Below, one piece after another: positions 61,466 to 64,000 of a DNA stretch of 64,000 nt. Position 1 is the stretch's first letter. Each line of letters begins with the position of its first letter. The notes beneath the pieces are model-generated. The model had not been told where the DNA came from. It was given only the letters and a program-made list of their open reading frames with translations, and did no database searches. A program made the translations under genes and the position numbers. Source of the DNA: the human T2T-CHM13v2.0 reference genome, Homo sapiens. The DNA lies in NCBI RefSeq assembly GCF_009914755.1, contig NC_060927.1, one strand, 5' to 3'.

Positions 61466-62159
61466 ATCGAGATTCATTTCTTAAAACAAACAATAGTAAG
61501 AAAACCAAGTGACAAATTGGCAGCAAACAAGAAGTCACTATGATGGAGAAACAATGGTAATTTAACCAAGAAAAGTTCTAGCTAATCTGCAAAGTAATGG
61601 TCTTCAGGCTTTGAGAAATTCAGAATTCGTGAATGTAGAATATTTTATAGAATTTTTAAGGTAATGTTTATTTGTGGTTTTTAAGGCTTGTAGGGAAATA
61701 CACTATAATTTAATGTGGAACTGAAAAAATGCTTAAGTAGAAAGCAGTTGGAGTGTGTCTGTGGAGAATTAGAGATCTGTAAAAACATAAAAACAATGGT
61801 AACAATTGTATCACTTCCATAGTTGCTTGGCAAAAAGTTTGTATGACCCTATTGAACACTCAACTTCATATTGTTGCTTGTTTTTAATTGTTTCTTGCAT
61901 TATATTCTTTCCTCCTCAGCCATAGCTTAAGTTCTTTGAAGACTAGATTTTAAATGTCTCTGGATGCCAGATACGAAATATGGTGCATGTTACATTTATT
62001 GCTCTGCTAGAGATTATAATTTTTGATTTCTTCAAAGCAGATAGTGCCAAGCATACTGGAAAATGCTTATGAATTGATTATTTCTTTGTATGTATGTTTC
62101 TGATTGTGACATGATACTGGTTATTTTGTATTTACAGATAAACCACAAATTCATCTTCT

Positions 62160-62965
62160 TCCATGCTTTGTGATAAAAGAATTGGGCCCTGAAACTTTCT
62201 TCTTTGCCACCCAGCAAGATGTTCATCCTTGTCAATAGAGGATGCTGAAGGGAGACTTGGGGAGAAAGGAGTTTTCTTTTTTTGGTTCAGGCGTGGCTCT
62301 CTTGCCAGACTCCAGCAGAGAGTGTTTTCTCTATTGCTTGGCCCACAGTTTCTCCCGTGCTCAGTTCCTAAGGAATGCTCCTTTCTCCAGTATTTGGCTG
62401 CAGTGCAATCCTTCCAGCTCTCTACTCAAGCAGTGGTGGTATACCTGGGAGCCCAAGAGCATGCAGGCTGGTGCCCCAGCCCAGGTCACTGTTCCAAACC
62501 TCAGGAACGTACATGCCCAGGACTGCATAAGGCTGGGCATCTAGCAAGCTGGCCACCTGACTTTTATCCCTGCAAATGTCCTAGAGATACTCTGGTCCAA
62601 TCCAAGCACAAAAGTGAACTAAACGCTGCAGAAGAAAGCCCCTCCAGCACCCAGTTCCACAAGTGCTCAGCAGCCCACAGCTTCCCTCAGCACCTAGAAA
62701 GTTCTGAGGCTCCAAAATTTCCTGCAGTCAGCCTTCTCCAACATCCCCGAGGAAGACTTCAGGCACGTTCTCCTAGCCCAACACTGCTGGGACTTCTCTG
62801 CCAGTAAGCAGAGCCAGTAAGCTACCTCTGTCCCCGCTCCAGAGAGGCCTGGACCTCAGCCTGGATCAGGAGGGCCTTTCTCTGCGTGCTGTATCTCACC
62901 GTGGGTGTAGTGGCTGTTTCTTATATCAGTTATCTCTGTATTCTTTAGAGATCTCTTTAATTCCT
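62160..62965. mobile_element. Old ERVL-type LTR (LTR41/LTR52-like, uncertain)
   Basis: GC-richer block with ttgtcaatagaggatgctgaagggagact, a motif I associate with this LTR group. Confidence 0.4.
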
Positions 62966-62989
62966 ATAAAGAAGAATGAGGGGGGACCC

Positions 62990-63116
62990 AACTTTATAAC
63001 TTCATTTAAACCTAATTACTTCCCAAAGGCTTCACCTCCGAATACCATCATATTGAGCGTTAGGGTTTCAACATATGAATTGAAAGGCGGACACAAAAAA
63101 TGTTCAGTCCATAATA
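62990..63116 (-). mobile_element. MLT1A/MST-like LTR 5' fragment
   Basis: cctaattacttcccaaaggc..cacctcc.aataccatca.attg...ttagggtttcaacatatgaatt...ttcagtccata. Confidence 0.8.
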
Positions 63117-63724
63117 ATTTTATGGAGAAATTAGGTATTGGTCTACCATTTTTATATTAGTCTATCATTTTAATATGAAGCCATTTTAACATGTTAGGTC
63201 TAAAAAGGACAGGTAAAAGTCATCTAGGTCATTGCTTGGACTTCAAGTTCAATTGTCAAATAACTCAATAATTAAGACTTAGGAATGAAGAATTATTTCT
63301 CTACTATTAGAACTGTGGTCAGCAATTCTAGATAAGTTTTTTAATTACTCAGCTAGAAGTTAAAATCTTTGTAGTCCTATCGCTATTTATATTATATCCA
63401 TGTGAAAAAATCTTAAATCTCTAAGCGAAAATTCATATGATATATTATAATCAGACTCAATTTTTATATTTGTAAACATTTCTCCATTGATTATTACCTT
63501 TTTAACATTCAAGCTGATATCCTAATTACAGAAAATGACATTTTAAAATCTAGGATAATCATTTGAAAAGAGTGAAGAATTAATTTTCCAGGCAAAACTA
63601 GAAACGGAATAAAAAGATTAAATAAATAAAATAAAAATATATGCTTAATCTCAAGAATAATTCTCTAAAATTTGTTTCTGTAAAGATGAAATGAATTAGT
63701 GATAAATGGTACTAGTCAATTCTG

Positions 63725-63726
<2 letters not shown>

Positions 63727-63756
<30 letters not shown>
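63727..63756. repeat. (GT)15 microsatellite
   Basis: Pure GT run. Confidence 0.95.
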
Positions 63757-63758
<2 letters not shown>

Positions 63759-64000
63759 AAATTGGCAAAATTGCATTTGGCAGAGTTGCATATATATTAT
63801 ATATACAGAGTTGTACATATGTTGTGTATTAGATATACAACTCTGCCAATTCCCTTCTCAGTTCTACTTCATAATAGCTATATGAGTTTGGGAAAATGTC
63901 TTAAACCTCTTTAGAGGGCAATTTTTTAATCAAGAAAATAAGTATAATAAAATTATCTTGCAAATTGTTGTAAGTAATAATAGATATGAACACATGGAAA

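Noticed and set aside
62229-62807. Longest ORF (192 aa) as a protein-coding gene
   Set aside because: It has a non-ATG start, lies in a GC-richer LTR-like block, and has no recognisable domain or splice structure.

Overview
This is AT-rich, CpG-poor primate (human-like) non-coding DNA, either intergenic or deep intronic. I recognise no protein-coding exon, CpG island, rRNA, tRNA or CRISPR array. The ORF track is explained by Alu, L1 and LTR remnants, microsatellites and chance. The window is dominated by interspersed repeats: about 14 Alus (J/S/Y), L1s of many ages (an internally deleted L1PA8-like copy, a 5'-intact but 3'-truncated ~5.7 kb L1PB-like copy, an L1PA3-like 3' end, and old L1M/HAL1 pieces), L2 and MIR, MaLR/ERV LTRs (THE1, MLT1, MER21, MER77 with a nested MER57, LTR33-like) and DNA transposons (MER58A, MER5B, MER47A). 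It also holds one old U6 snRNA retrocopy. I cannot support a new biological system here. The most interesting signals are a series of templated-insertion and fold-back scars. These are: a perfect 53-bp inverted repeat with nested hairpins at 32802-32958, a triple-hairpin micro-duplication at 3886-3973, short segments copied into LTRs from 0.6-5 kb away, a 267-bp foreign segment inside a THE1 LTR, and a triplicated target site at an AluY 5' end. There is also a candidate ancient U6/L1 chimera at 13131-13790. Subfamily names come from my recall of consensus sequences and need RepeatMasker/Dfam confirmation. Boundaries of old repeats are approximate.
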